A stretch of DNA of 64,000 bases from Octopus bimaculoides. Its lineage: Eukaryota. The position numbers were made by a program, and so were the translations under genes. The stretch is from the NCBI RefSeq assembly GCF_001194135.2, contig NC_068995.1, positions 1,046,906 to 1,110,905 of the forward strand, in the 5' to 3' direction. Shown here piece after piece: positions 11,691 to 22,196 of this stretch (position 1 is its first letter; each line of letters opens with the position of its first letter). The notes under the pieces were generated by a model that was not told the DNA's origin, made no database searches, and saw only the letters and a program-made list of their open reading frames with translations.

Positions 11691-12479
11691 TGCAACCTTT
11701 GAAACAGTGTAGTGACGTTCACTTTGGGGGTGGGGTGGGGCTGATACCAAAGCTTGGTGCCAACCCCTCCAGGATCTTCTATACATATACCCCACTGCAT
11801 ACCTCTCTCATCTTTGCTCCAGGGAGTAGAGTCATGGCTCTTCCAGTCTCTCCCAACAGCTCAACTCTTCCAATCATACTATCTTCTCTCTATCTATCTC
11901 TGTTTTTCTTTCTCTGCCTCTCTCTCTCTCTCTCTCTGTTTTTCTCTCTTTTCTCTAGCTCCTTCTTTCTCTCCCCTATCTACCTTTCTCTGTCTCACTC
12001 CTTGTATCTCTCTCTTTCTCTTTATGTTTCTGTATAAAACTAAACTAGTATTGAAGTATCGGTGCTTGGACAATGCAGAGGACTTTCTGGGTTATAACGA
12101 TATTGGAATACGCGTGTTTTGTGGGTTCAATCCCACTACACGGCTTTGAGTCGAACAATGCCTTCTGAGAGAAATTTAAAAGACAGAAATTGTCTGGAAG
12201 CCTATTTGAATGCAAGCATGGAGACTGATGTAAGTCCAAGCGGAGTAACTCACTTTAAAGGGAAGTAACTTCAATAAACTTAAAGCCTTTCATAAACTAA
12301 TAACTACGCTTGAGTGCTACAGCATGGCCACGAAAATCAGCTACGCACGCGTCCGTCCGATGTCTCTGCATGCAGTCAAACCATATACATTGCACTTAGA
12401 GAAACGCATCACTTTGTAGGCATAAATGATGTGGAAATGCGGTCCAAACAGAATGGAGTCCAGCTGGAATTGCGATGGG

Positions 12480-13560
12480 CATCCGTTAAGATGTCACACC
12501 ATTAACTCTGTTGACACATTCAAATTTGGTCTGTTTCGAAAAATAATGGTGAATTTAAGGATAGCCTCAGACGACGCACAGAAGTGGTATTGATAAACCC
12601 GGGCGACCGCATTAATATACTTCTTCAAGATGACTTCAGCCTCCGAAATGTCAAATAACCTTACGGGCCACATCCTCCCTGAGATGTCGCTGCATGAATA
12701 ATGGCATGCAGAATCATTACTCGAACTTTCTAGTGGGTTGTTCATGGATCAAGTGATACTCCAACCAGCCAGGGGCAACAAAATTCTGTATCTCTCCTTC
12801 ACAAATAATATCGATTTATCCATAATGTCAAAGTGACGTACTGTAGATCTAACGATGAATGATCCTAGTCGAACTATCGGCATCTATTGTATAAGGACTC
12901 CAGCCATATTCAGCTTGAATTTCCTTAAAACAAACTGGAAATCAATCCGCAAAGAGATCCACAAACAAAACTGGACCGACGGTCTGTCTGTGGAAGACAA
13001 AGAGTTGAAACTTAATTTATGTCGACAGTGCAAGCTGTTCGCGTTAAATATGTCCCAGAAAACAAAAACACCAGCACACCCAAAAATAAAGTCTTCAGAG
13101 ATAAGTCTGGTGGACTCTCTCATGAAAAGAAAAGAGGAAAAGCGACAGAGACAGACAGGCAGAGTGGGGGAGGGAAGAGCTGTGAAAAGCATAAAAACAA
13201 TCCCTAAAGCTTTCTGTATATTTGCAAAGCAATCTGTGCAAAATGGGGACGTTGTTCCAATGGCACGGTTCACTGACTGCGGCCCCAAAAACGGATAAGT
13301 GAGGTGCTCAGTGAACAATGTAAAAGTGTCTTCCCCTTAATAAGCCAGCTGAGTTGTTTGACATTTACAGGTCTTCAGAGCCATTGATGACCTCAACACT
13401 TAGGAAGCAGATATCACAGTGGTCAGAGACGGAATGAGCTTAAACTCAGCAACTGAGCCCAACGGTTTCCCAGCTATTCTCTTGAAATCATGTAAGTAAG
13501 CTTTAGCGAAACCCCTTCAGACATTTTCCCGGAGTTTCCTCGCAAGTGGAAAAGCTTCCT
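12480..13560 (+). mobile_element. Decayed CR1-group LINE ORF2 (AP-endonuclease end, linker, start of RT)
   Basis: Fragments LFMDQVILQPARGNKILYLSFTNN, NFLKTNWKSIRKEI, and SATEPNGFPAILLKSCK*ALAKPLQTFSRSFLASGK, with many stops and frameshifts. Confidence 0.75.
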
Positions 13561-13722
13561 AAAAAGCTAAAAAGAAGTAATTATATGCCCTATCGACACA
13601 CACATGTGTATGTATGAGAGCTAAGTATATAGGAAGATAAATACACATGCACACACGCGCGCACAGGTACACACACACACATGCACGCACGCACACACAC
13701 ACATATAATAACGTACACTTAC

Positions 13723-13930
13723 TTGCAATCTAGATTTATGTTTGGGTTTCTCGAAAACAGAAATATAAAGGCAGAGTTATGAAAATGTATCTCAACAAAT
13801 TATAAGAAAATAGATTTTTCACTCTGTAACAAACAATATAGATTCTAGAACTACCAAATCTGTTGATCTCATAAATATGTCATAATCGATTCGTGACATC
13901 TGACGTACAAACAAGGGAGACTACTCGTGG
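13723..13930 (-). promoter_or_regulatory. Candidate promoter and non-coding first exon of the ODF3-like gene
   Basis: Minus-strand donor CAA|GTAAGT at 13722; CpG-retaining patch with TGACGT and forkhead-like TGTTTGT near 13.9 kb. The link to the 10835 acceptor is inference. Confidence 0.3.
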
Positions 13931-14224
13931 CTTTTTTTTTTTGTTCCTTTATAGCTTTGTTTGTTGGTGTGAGTTCATGCGCGCGTGTGAATGTGCGTGC
14001 GCGCGCGTATGTGTGTGTATGTGTCTAGTGTTACATAATGTGGGAAGCTCTAGAAATTCTGCATTAAGGTTACAAATGTCAACGGTATGCTCGGTCTCTT
14101 AATCGAATTCTTACTGACTTGTAGAGTTATGAGGCGAACAGCTATTGTCACATGAATTCGGTTAACGGCCGACTCCTTTGAAGGATCGCCTTAACACCCG
14201 ACATTAATTCTCTTCTTATTATAT

Positions 14225-14640
14225 TTTAGCTGAAATAATAACAATAATAATAATGAAATTATTGTATACAGTGCTCAGGTGCACTACAACTTGTCAAAAG
14301 TGCGCATAACGCATATGCAGTAATGTACAAATGTCTGGAAAGTGAACAGTGTCTGAGTCAGAGACATGCTTGCATGGGTATGGAGGGGAGAAAATGAGGT
14401 GTAGTGTTGGTGAATCTTAGGAAGGATGGAAGTTTTGAAGGATGCAGTGCTCCGACAACTAACAACTGATACCAGCAGATTGTTCCATACTTCAGCAACT
14501 CTTAGCATGAAAAAGTGTTTCCGAAAGTCATGGGAACTGTGCTGTTTTCTGACTTTGTAAACATATCCATGTGTGTTAGACAGGTGGAATTTGAAAAGGT
14601 GCCCCTTTATTTCAGTTGGTCTCAAAAATAGTAAGAAGAT
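14225..14640 (-). mobile_element. 3' end of a second CR1-type LINE with (ATT)n tail
   Basis: Reads HGYVYKVRKQHSSHDFRKHFFMLRVAEVWNNLLVSVVSCRSTASFK (CR1 C-terminal RKxFFxxRVxxxWNxL motif). 3' UTR ends gcactgtatacaataatttcattattattatt. Confidence 0.8.
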
Positions 14641-14766
14641 ACTAAAATAATTTATCATTGTTAAGCTCAGTTTTGGAGTGTAAATGAACAAAAAATTTTA
14701 ATGTGTCATATAAAACATCTTTTTCTCTTTGTCTTCTTAAAAAATAAAGAAATCCATAAGTTTTTC

Positions 14767-15028
14767 CATGTTAAAGTTGTCGTATTTCTGTAATTTCAAC
14801 CAATCACTGACGTCCATTCAGCCGATATACATTAAGTGCCGACTACATAAACAAACGATTCTGAAACAATTAACCCTAACCCTAACGTTAGGGTTAAAGC
14901 AAATAAAACGAAGGTATGGAGATTAAATACGCTTTACATCGCTTAATCAGCCAAAGGAGTAAATATAAACAACTGAATACTTGTCAGTGATTGGTTGAAA
15001 TTATCGAAATAAGACAATTTTTTACATG
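14767..15028. mobile_element. MITE / fold-back element with ~55-bp terminal inverted repeats
   Basis: Left arm catgttaaagttgtcgtatttctgtaatttcaaccaatcactgacgtccattcag; right arm reverse-complemented catgtaaaaaattgtcttatttcgataatttcaaccaatcactgacaagtattcag. Confidence 0.75.
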
Positions 15029-15209
15029 AAATAAATTCGAATACAAAATTATTTTTTTGTTCTATAACACAAAATAGATAAGTATACGAAGTTTGAAAGT
15101 CTTTCGGTACCAAAAACACTACGTAAAACATTAATGAAAAATGTGGCCCCCGTTTTAAAATAGATCCGTTCATCATCTTTAAAACAACCCTTATTCAGGG
15201 ACCTTTTGA

Positions 15210-15596
15210 GTAGGTTGGCTGTGCAGTAAGAAGCTTGCTTCCCAACCACATGGTTCCAAGTTCAGTCCCACTTCATGGCACCTTGGGCAAGTGTCTTGTA
15301 CTATAACCTCAGGCCGACCAAAGTCTTGTGAGTAGATTTGGCAGACGGAAACTGTAAGAAGCTCGTCGTATATGTATGTGTGTATGTACGTATTTGTGTC
15401 TGTGTTTGTCCCCTCACACACACAATCGTTTGACAACCGATTCTGGCGCGTTTACGTCCCCATAACTTAGCGATTCGTCAATAGAGGCCGATAGAATAAG
15501 TACTAGGTTTCCAAAGAATAAGTCCTGGGGTCGATTTGTTCGATAAAGGCGGTGCTCCAGCATGGCCGCAGTCAAATGACTGAAACAAGTAAAAGT
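15210..15596 (+). mobile_element. SINE family A, near full length, retains many CpGs
   Basis: Complete head, internal (TG)/(TA) tract, and tail ggcggtgctccagcatggccgcagtcaaatgactgaaacaagtaaaag. Confidence 0.88.
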
Positions 15597-15973
15597 ATAT
15601 ATATATATATAATGTATGTATACATACACACACACACACTTGTGTGCAGATAGATAGATAGATATTGTATTTTTCGTTGTTAGCTTAATAACTTTTTTAA
15701 AAAAATAAACTGATTTTTAAATATTTATTCGTTTCGTTGTGTTTAATCGGGATACCCAAGTCTAATTTTGTATTTCCCAAGTATGGTTTCGTTTCGTTAT
15801 CAATCTCGCAGTTATTCGTAAAAAGAAAAGAAAAAAAACCCATTGGTGATGAAAAGCGAAGTGGACCTCGGTCGGATTTGAAATCAAAACATAAAAAGTT
15901 GGCATTTCGTCCAGCGTTCTATCAATTTTGCCAAAATAATAATAAACAACGTCCCTTTTTATTTTTTTGGTCT

Positions 15974-16136
15974 ACTTCCGGGTTTTGTTGCTTATTTTAT
16001 AGCAGAAGATTGCCGAGGCTTCGTAGTTAGCAGAATAACTAAGGTCATATTCATATTTCAAGGTCATTCTTCGAAACTGATCATCGTTTTATAAGAACCA
16101 GTTATCTGCCCTTGAGTGTAAAAAAGGTCAGGGTCA
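15974..16136. promoter_or_regulatory. Promoter/enhancer-like motif cluster with no assigned gene
   Basis: ETS site ACTTCCGG 15974-15981; AGGTCA 16042; TCAAGGTCA 16058-16066; DR0 AGGTCAGGGTCA 16125-16136; CpG-rich context. Confidence 0.35.
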
Positions 16137-16778
16137 CATTTACTTTTATTTAATTTGTCACGAAATTCTGACACAATTTATTACGATTTACCGATTTTTT
16201 TTCATCGTAGATCAAGACGAGTAGGGTGCACAGTAATGCAGGGCAAGTGTATCTGTGTGTCTCTCAGCTTCAATTAGAAACATTCTGCTCTCTCGTTGGC
16301 TGCTTTGCTACCAACTCGGAAGAATCTTTTGAAAATTGCCAAATGTCATCACCAGTCTTTGTAAACACACACAAACACGCGCACACTCACACTCACTCAC
16401 ACACATACAAACAAACGTGTGTTACTGACCACCTCGAGTCTCCGTGCATACGCATACATCATACATACATAAAAAGTATGTCTGAAGTATGTGAGAACAC
16501 GTATAGATTTTTTTTTTCTTTTTTTGACTCCTTTATATTTTCGCAAATCCTTAAACTACTTTTCGTTCCTCTCTTTTTCTTTGACACAAACCAGATGAAC
16601 AAGAATAAACATATTCTTCTTTCTTCGTGCACCTTGCCACCATGTGTCGATGGTGCTTCTGGAACAGAACCCCTTGCTCTCCAATCCCACACATAACTTA
16701 GCACTCTGTTAGCTCACTTTCCCTGAAGCCGGCAGATAGAAGCATCTAATTACTCTCTTTCTCCATGTATATATGTAT

Positions 16779-16812
<34 letters not shown>

Positions 16813-16869
16813 GTACGTATGCATGTGTATTTCTCTCTCTCTCTCTCTCTCCCTATATATATATATATA

Positions 16870-17283
16870 TCATCATCATCATCATCGTTTAACGTCTGCT
16901 TTCCAATACTGGCATGGGTTGGACGGTTTGACTGAGGACTGGTGAGCCAGAAGGCTGCACCAGGCTCCAATCTGGCAAAATTTCTACATCTGGATGCCCT
17001 TCCTAACACCAACCACTCCAAGAGTGTGGTGGGTGCTTTTACATCCCACTGGCACAAGGGCCAGTCAGGCGGTTCTGGCAACGACCACGTTCAATAGGTG
17101 TTTTTTACATACTACCTGCACGGGAGCCAGTCCGGCAGCACTGGCAACGACCATGCTCGAATGTTGTTTTTCACGTGCCACCGGCACATGTGCTGGTAAG
17201 GCGATGCTGGCAACGATCACACTCGAATAGTGCTCTTAACGTTCCACTGGCACGAGTGCCAACCAGGCGGTAGTCATTGGCCA
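16870..17283 (-). mobile_element. RTE-tailed non-autonomous element (family C) with internal ~66-bp tandem repeats
   Basis: Tail cccatgccagtattggaaagcagacgttaaacgatgatgatg. The anchor ctggcaacga recurs at 17075, 17141 and 17207. Homologous to 63680-64000. Confidence 0.75.
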
Positions 17284-17346
17284 CACACATATACACACAA
17301 TTGTAATGATTGTGTGTCAAATCAAATAGTGATATTTTTGAAATCA

Positions 17347-17419
17347 TTTGATATGTGTGTTTCAGATCTGCATAATATGTAATAGGAAATAGATCCTTCT
17401 TGAGTTAACACATTTCAAA
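17347..17419 (-). ncRNA. Decayed hammerhead-ribozyme-like motif (Penelope-type) with inverted partial copy
   Basis: Minus strand: ttgaaatgtgttaa-CTCAAGA-AGGATCT-loop-AGATCT-GAAA-cacacatatcaaa. The inverted copy on + has an intact CTGAGGA-AGGTC (17439-17450). Confidence 0.45.
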
Positions 17420-17567
17420 ATAATTTGAAATGTGTTAACTGAGGAAGGTCTTGCTAGTTTGGAGGATGAATGTTGCTGTAATTTAGCCCCAGGCGACATC
17501 GTCTCCAGCTGTGTCCTTATATTTTTTTAAACAAGGGAATCTAGCACCCCCATTTGGCTCAAAACAA

Positions 17568-17616
17568 TATCTGTTTATCGCGATTTCCAGGTTATTTCCC
17601 TTCATCAGCACAGAAT
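17568..17616 (-). ncRNA. Minimal type-I hammerhead-ribozyme-like motif inside a ~220-bp fold-back (17502-17724)
   Basis: Minus strand: TCTGTG-CTGATGA-AGG gaaataa CCT G-GAAA-TCGCGA-TA-AACAGA. Helix III is the palindrome ATCGCGAT. The opposite arm preserves CACAGA, the perfect helix-I partner. Confidence 0.6.
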
Positions 17617-17843
17617 AACCTGGAAATCACGCTACACAGATAATGTTCTGAGCTGAGTGGGGGTGCTAGATTCCCTTGTTGGAAAATACAAGGACACAGA
17701 TCGTGTTGTATAGCCAGCTGGAGAACACAGAGAGGTAGGCCAAATACCACAAGGCATTTGATCCCTCCAGTTCACCACCATGAATTGGTAATTTTTTTTT
17801 ATCAACCCTGAAAGATGTAAAGTAAAGTTGACCTCAACATGCT

Positions 17844-17985
17844 TTAAACAGGAGTCCTTAGGGGTCTCCTCTGCTGCAAGCATTCAGAGGAGAGTTCTGC
17901 TTTGAACAGATCAACTTCTTCCCTTTCATTGATCAGTTCTGGGATTCTTGCTTGAGAGTCAAAAACACTTCCTGTTTTAACTAAG
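17844..17985 (-). CDS. Candidate alternative terminal exon of CDC34 (46 codons)
   Basis: Long poly-T acceptor tttttttttgtttttgttttttgttatag. Open frame LVKTGSVFDSQARIPELINEREEVDLFKAELSSECLQQRRPLRTPV*. The matching donor would be at or inside the 18781-18790 gap. Confidence 0.3.
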
Positions 17986-18169
17986 CTATAACAAAAAACA
18001 AAAACAAAAAAAAACATTTAAAATTTATATTTATAACACACACATACACATATACGTATCTGTCTATATATGCTTATGTATGTGTGTGTGTGTAAATATA
18101 TACACACACAGAAGGAACAACAAAACAACAGAAAAAAAAGAAAGAAAATATTAAAATGTTTTTTGTGTC

Positions 18170-18175
18170 TTTATT
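18170..18175 (-). terminator. Likely CDC34 poly(A) signal
   Basis: AATAAA on the minus strand, followed about 20-40 nt later by a T/GT-rich tract. Confidence 0.55.
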
Positions 18176-18790
18176 CTCCTCCAAATTTAACTTTTATGTA
18201 TTTTTTTTGTATTTTTAAAATTTTTTTTTCCAATTTTTGCTATTTTTCCCTTTCTCCAACTCATCTTTTCCTTTCTTCATCTTACTCCCTCCCACTCACC
18301 CCATCAACGAAAAAATGTGTTTGTTGTTATTGTAGCTGTTTTTTGTATTGTTTTGGTTTTTTTTTTTGGTTTTATATGTTTTGTTTGGGTTGGTTTTTCT
18401 CCCCCTCCTCCCTCCCTACCCAAACTCTGTTCTCTTCTTTTTACCTGAACCCACCACTCTTTCAGAGTAAAATTCTCACTGCACCACCACCACCACCTTA
18501 TTTTGCTGCTTCTCACCCCTGCTCATTCCTCCCATTCACTCTCTCCTATACAACCATCCAACCATCCATCCATCCATCCATGCAATCAGTCTCACTCTAT
18601 ATATATATGTCTTTCTCTCTCTCTGTCTCTCTCTCACACACACACTCATGCATTCACAATATTTCTCCCGCTCTTTCTCTCTCTCTCTCTCATTCTCTGC
18701 ACTCACCCCTAACACTCATTAACCCCACCAACTTCCAATCAACAACCACCCTCTCCCTCACCCCTCACCCTCCACCCCCCNNNNNNNNNN

Positions 18791-18990
18791 GCCCTGAACA
18801 ACAATCATCATCATCACCGTCAGCATGGTCGTCATCGTCATCGTCAAGAAAGACGTCGTCGTCGTAATAGTCTAAGTCGGTGTGGCTCTCAGTCTGTTTG
18901 GGACGGCCGCTTACGCAGTATTCCTGGAGGGTGGTCGGCACTGTCACACCGTCCTTCTCCGCATCGGCTATTGTTGCTTGAACTTGTTTC
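18791..18990 (-). CDS. CDC34: CDC34/UBE2R last recognisable coding exon (acidic tail); stop probably in or just past the gap at 18781-18790
   Basis: Acceptor ttcttctgtgcacag, phase 2. Reads KQVQATIADAEKDGVTVPTTLQEYCV...DLDYYDDD...DDDDCCSG (cf. KQVLGTKVDAERDGVKVPTTLAEYCV). Confidence 0.92.
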
Positions 18991-19742
18991 CTGTGCACAG
19001 AAGAATTGATACTTTCAATAAGAATCCCAACAACAACAACAATTTATATTTGCCACAAGAGCGGCAGTTAAATAGAACATTACAAGAAACAATGGAGGAG
19101 TCTGCAGAATCAGTCACAAACAAAAAAAAAAAGATTTGAAAACCAAGAATACACAAAGAAGTGCAATGAGATGTCCTAACAGCTGGACAGGCCCCTAAGA
19201 CTAACTAAGGAACCCCACAAACAAGAACAACTGCCTACTTTCAACTAACAGGTTCATGCTGAAAAATAAAGTCATTCACCCAGCACCATTTCCATGACTC
19301 TCCCTCGTCTTTCAACAAATTCACTGGAGGGACAGCACCTTCCGCTTCTGGTGAGACTTAATAAGAATGAAAATGATGCCAAACATAATTAATACAATTA
19401 GGGTAAAATTTAAGAACCATACTGGGAATAAAACACCTTTGTACGGTCCAAAGAATTAGTCCTGCCAGACACAGCCCATATCCTACACATGTCACTTGCA
19501 ATCCAATAACACAACTTTCACAGTACATATTCTATACCCCACCCCACCCCCAATACTAATGCACAACTGCCACAGCATGGGCTCGTGTTCTATGCAATCA
19601 TCCCAAAAGAACAAATTTACTTACATAATCTGCAGAATCACCACGAAAACTATATCACAATTTTTATAATACTATCACCTTCCAATATGTTTATGTCACA
19701 CAGCACATCCCAATAAAATAATAACATCTCAAAGTGTATATT

Positions 19743-19794
<52 letters not shown>

Positions 19795-20214
19795 TGAAGT
19801 GACTTGAAATGACAGCAAACACTGCTGCACAGCAAAGTAGATGTCACATACAGAAACATTCCCTCAGAAAACTGAAACTGCACAAACCCCTAAATTAGGG
19901 AGTAGGGATATAACTGATGAAGTCAATCCCATTGCTTGACTTGGTTCTTATTTTATTAACCCTAGAAAAGATGAATGGCAAAGCTGACCCAGGAGCAAAC
20001 TGAACCTAGAATATAAAGTGACAAATAACCAAACAATGATTTCTAACATTGGTATAAGTTTACAAGGTTTAAGGGGACAATACAACTGATAAAATAAACA
20101 TGGATTGTTGGCTGGTCTTTTAAACAAAAGGACCAGTCTCACAAGGATGAAATGCTGCCAAGCATTTCGTCCAGCCAATGGTTCTGCTACCCTTGGATAA
20201 TAAAATGACTTTAC

Positions 20215-20349
20215 CTGATAATATTTTCATATTCTTTATCTCGTCCTCTTGAGTCTCTCCATTTGCGATACATCACTGAAGCATCTACATTGGCTGGGGA
20301 ATATGTGTTCGGTTCATTCAATAAGGAAATTATACTTAGGAGAATTGTT
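20215..20349 (-). CDS. CDC34: CDC34 coding exon 4
   Basis: 135 nt, AG/GT flanked. Reads [45 protein letters not shown]. Confidence 0.96.
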
Positions 20350-20399
20350 CTGCAATAAACAAAAAATACACAAACTGCACCATCAACACAATACAGTAG

Positions 20400-20900
20400 T
20401 TACATCACAGTCTGTACCACCAGGCCCTCAGCCGGGATACAGTTGCCCTACCACTCTCTCTCTCATAAGAAAGCTCCAAAACCTTCCAAAGACAGTGTCC
20501 TGCGTCTGTCCTTATAGCCATAAATCAATTGTGCTGAGTAAAGAAGGAATTTACATAAATCCCAAACCAAACAGATTATTTATGTATGCAAGGTTCATAC
20601 TGACAACTGCAGCTCTTCACATACAAGACTTGTGTACACAGCTAGTGCAGGTCTAGATTTCATGTAAGTACCCAGCTTGTCTTATCTCTCCCACACTTCC
20701 AATTTTCTGTCTTTACATAGTCACTGGAACATTAGCCCCTGAGTGTCAGAATGACATGCCCCATAACAAAAGTGAGAGTAGCATGATTAAAAACATCAAG
20801 CAAATAGGTTTGTTTCGTTAGCGGTCTCTCTCTCTCGTATACAAGTCTGCACAAATCGTATTGATCAAGGCTTTCCAACATCTGTGCACACAAATCAATT
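20400..20900 (-). mobile_element. Very old LINE remnant, possibly the RLE-type C-terminal region
   Basis: Broken frames give CAQMLESLD..C, SRPALAVY....EL and SLEGFGAFL, loosely like the Zn-knuckle/PD-(D/E)xK/GALG motifs. Confidence 0.3.
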
Positions 20901-21849
20901 AAGCTTTCCTGTAGCCTAGAGCCACTGGTTGTATAGCCAATCATCATAATCCACACTTGAACACCTCACCTCAGCAACACCACCACTGCTGGACATCCCA
21001 CACAACTCTTAGGAACACTGCAACCAGTCCCAGTTCACGACATCCTGATCAGTCCAAGCAACGACTCAATCGTATCAGCAGAGTGATTAGAGTATGGATG
21101 GAGTGGAACAAGTCCAGAGACACTTGCCTAAGGGATGAAGCCGACCAGCCTTGAACCTTTCAGGGCCCCTGCAACTGGTGGAGAAAAGAGAAGAAACCAC
21201 AACAGATGGCTTATTTTTAGATTGGAGACTTGCCAGAAGATTGGATTCTGCTAAAGGTACCATGGAGCAACAGATTAAAGTGACCAACAGGTTAAAGGCC
21301 ATAGCCTAAAATCAGTCCTTGGAACACCTGCCCTCCTGGACAATTTCCTCAATTGAGAGAAAAATGAAGAAAAAGTATAACTCAAGATGCAAATACATAT
21401 TAATAAAACTAATTTCAGCCACATTTTCATGTTTTTGCTATCATCCAATAAGATTTATATTCTTACATCAATATAATTATAATGCTAAAATTGCAAATTG
21501 TGGGTTATATACAAATGCAGTAATTAATAATTACAATAATTAATTCACTTGATTGGGCAAATTGCCCAGGGTTAATTGTGTTGATATTCTCAAGAATATG
21601 TAGTCTGTATGACTGGCTTCTGCACAGTTTCCATCTACCAAATATCACTTGGATAAACTCTCACACTTGCACAGTGAGACTGATCCTAGAACCACAAGAT
21701 AGTGGAGTGAATTTTTAGATCACACGAATAGGCATGCATCCATACCTCTAAAGACAACAAAAGGGGTCTCTGTTGGTTTGCTCATACAAAAGACAAACAA
21801 CTCCCTAAGGAGAGCACAGAAGGTTGAGTCAAGAGTAATGGTGATGGTG

Positions 21850-22098
21850 TGAGTGAAAGAGAATGAATCGAGTCAAGTTACACTTGGTGTAACAGTTGGG
21901 GACTGGCATGGACTCCTGGCATGAAAATTTGGTGCATGTGCAAGAGGGTGGCATCAGGTCCCATCCAAAGGATTTTGCCCATGTGGCATTAGTTTCGGCA
22001 GGAAAAAATGAAGTTGGATATTTTTTTAATGCACCTTGTACATACGTACATATGTACGTATGTTTGTATATATGAGGTACATTAAAAAAAATATCCAA
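21850..22098. mobile_element. Tc1/mariner-like terminal sequences, two ends back to back
   Basis: TACAAGGTGCATTAAAAAAATATCCAAC reads leftward from 22040 and TATGAGGTACATTAAAAAAAATATCCAA reads rightward from 22071. Both resemble TA-CGAGG-type mariner TIRs. Confidence 0.45.
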
Positions 22099-22196
22099 TA
22101 CGTACCTATGTACATACATGCATACATACATAAACTGCAAGAGAATACCCTTGTCACAAGTGTAGAATGCATACGTAAGCAGAACAGCAAAGAATA

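Noticed and set aside
15210-15290. tRNA-like A/B-box sequences (here and in other SINE heads)
   Set aside because: They are SINE heads without a complete cloverleaf; not tRNA genes.
18070-18867. 265-aa plus-strand ORF
   Set aside because: Low-complexity antisense of the CDC34 3' region, and it crosses a gap.
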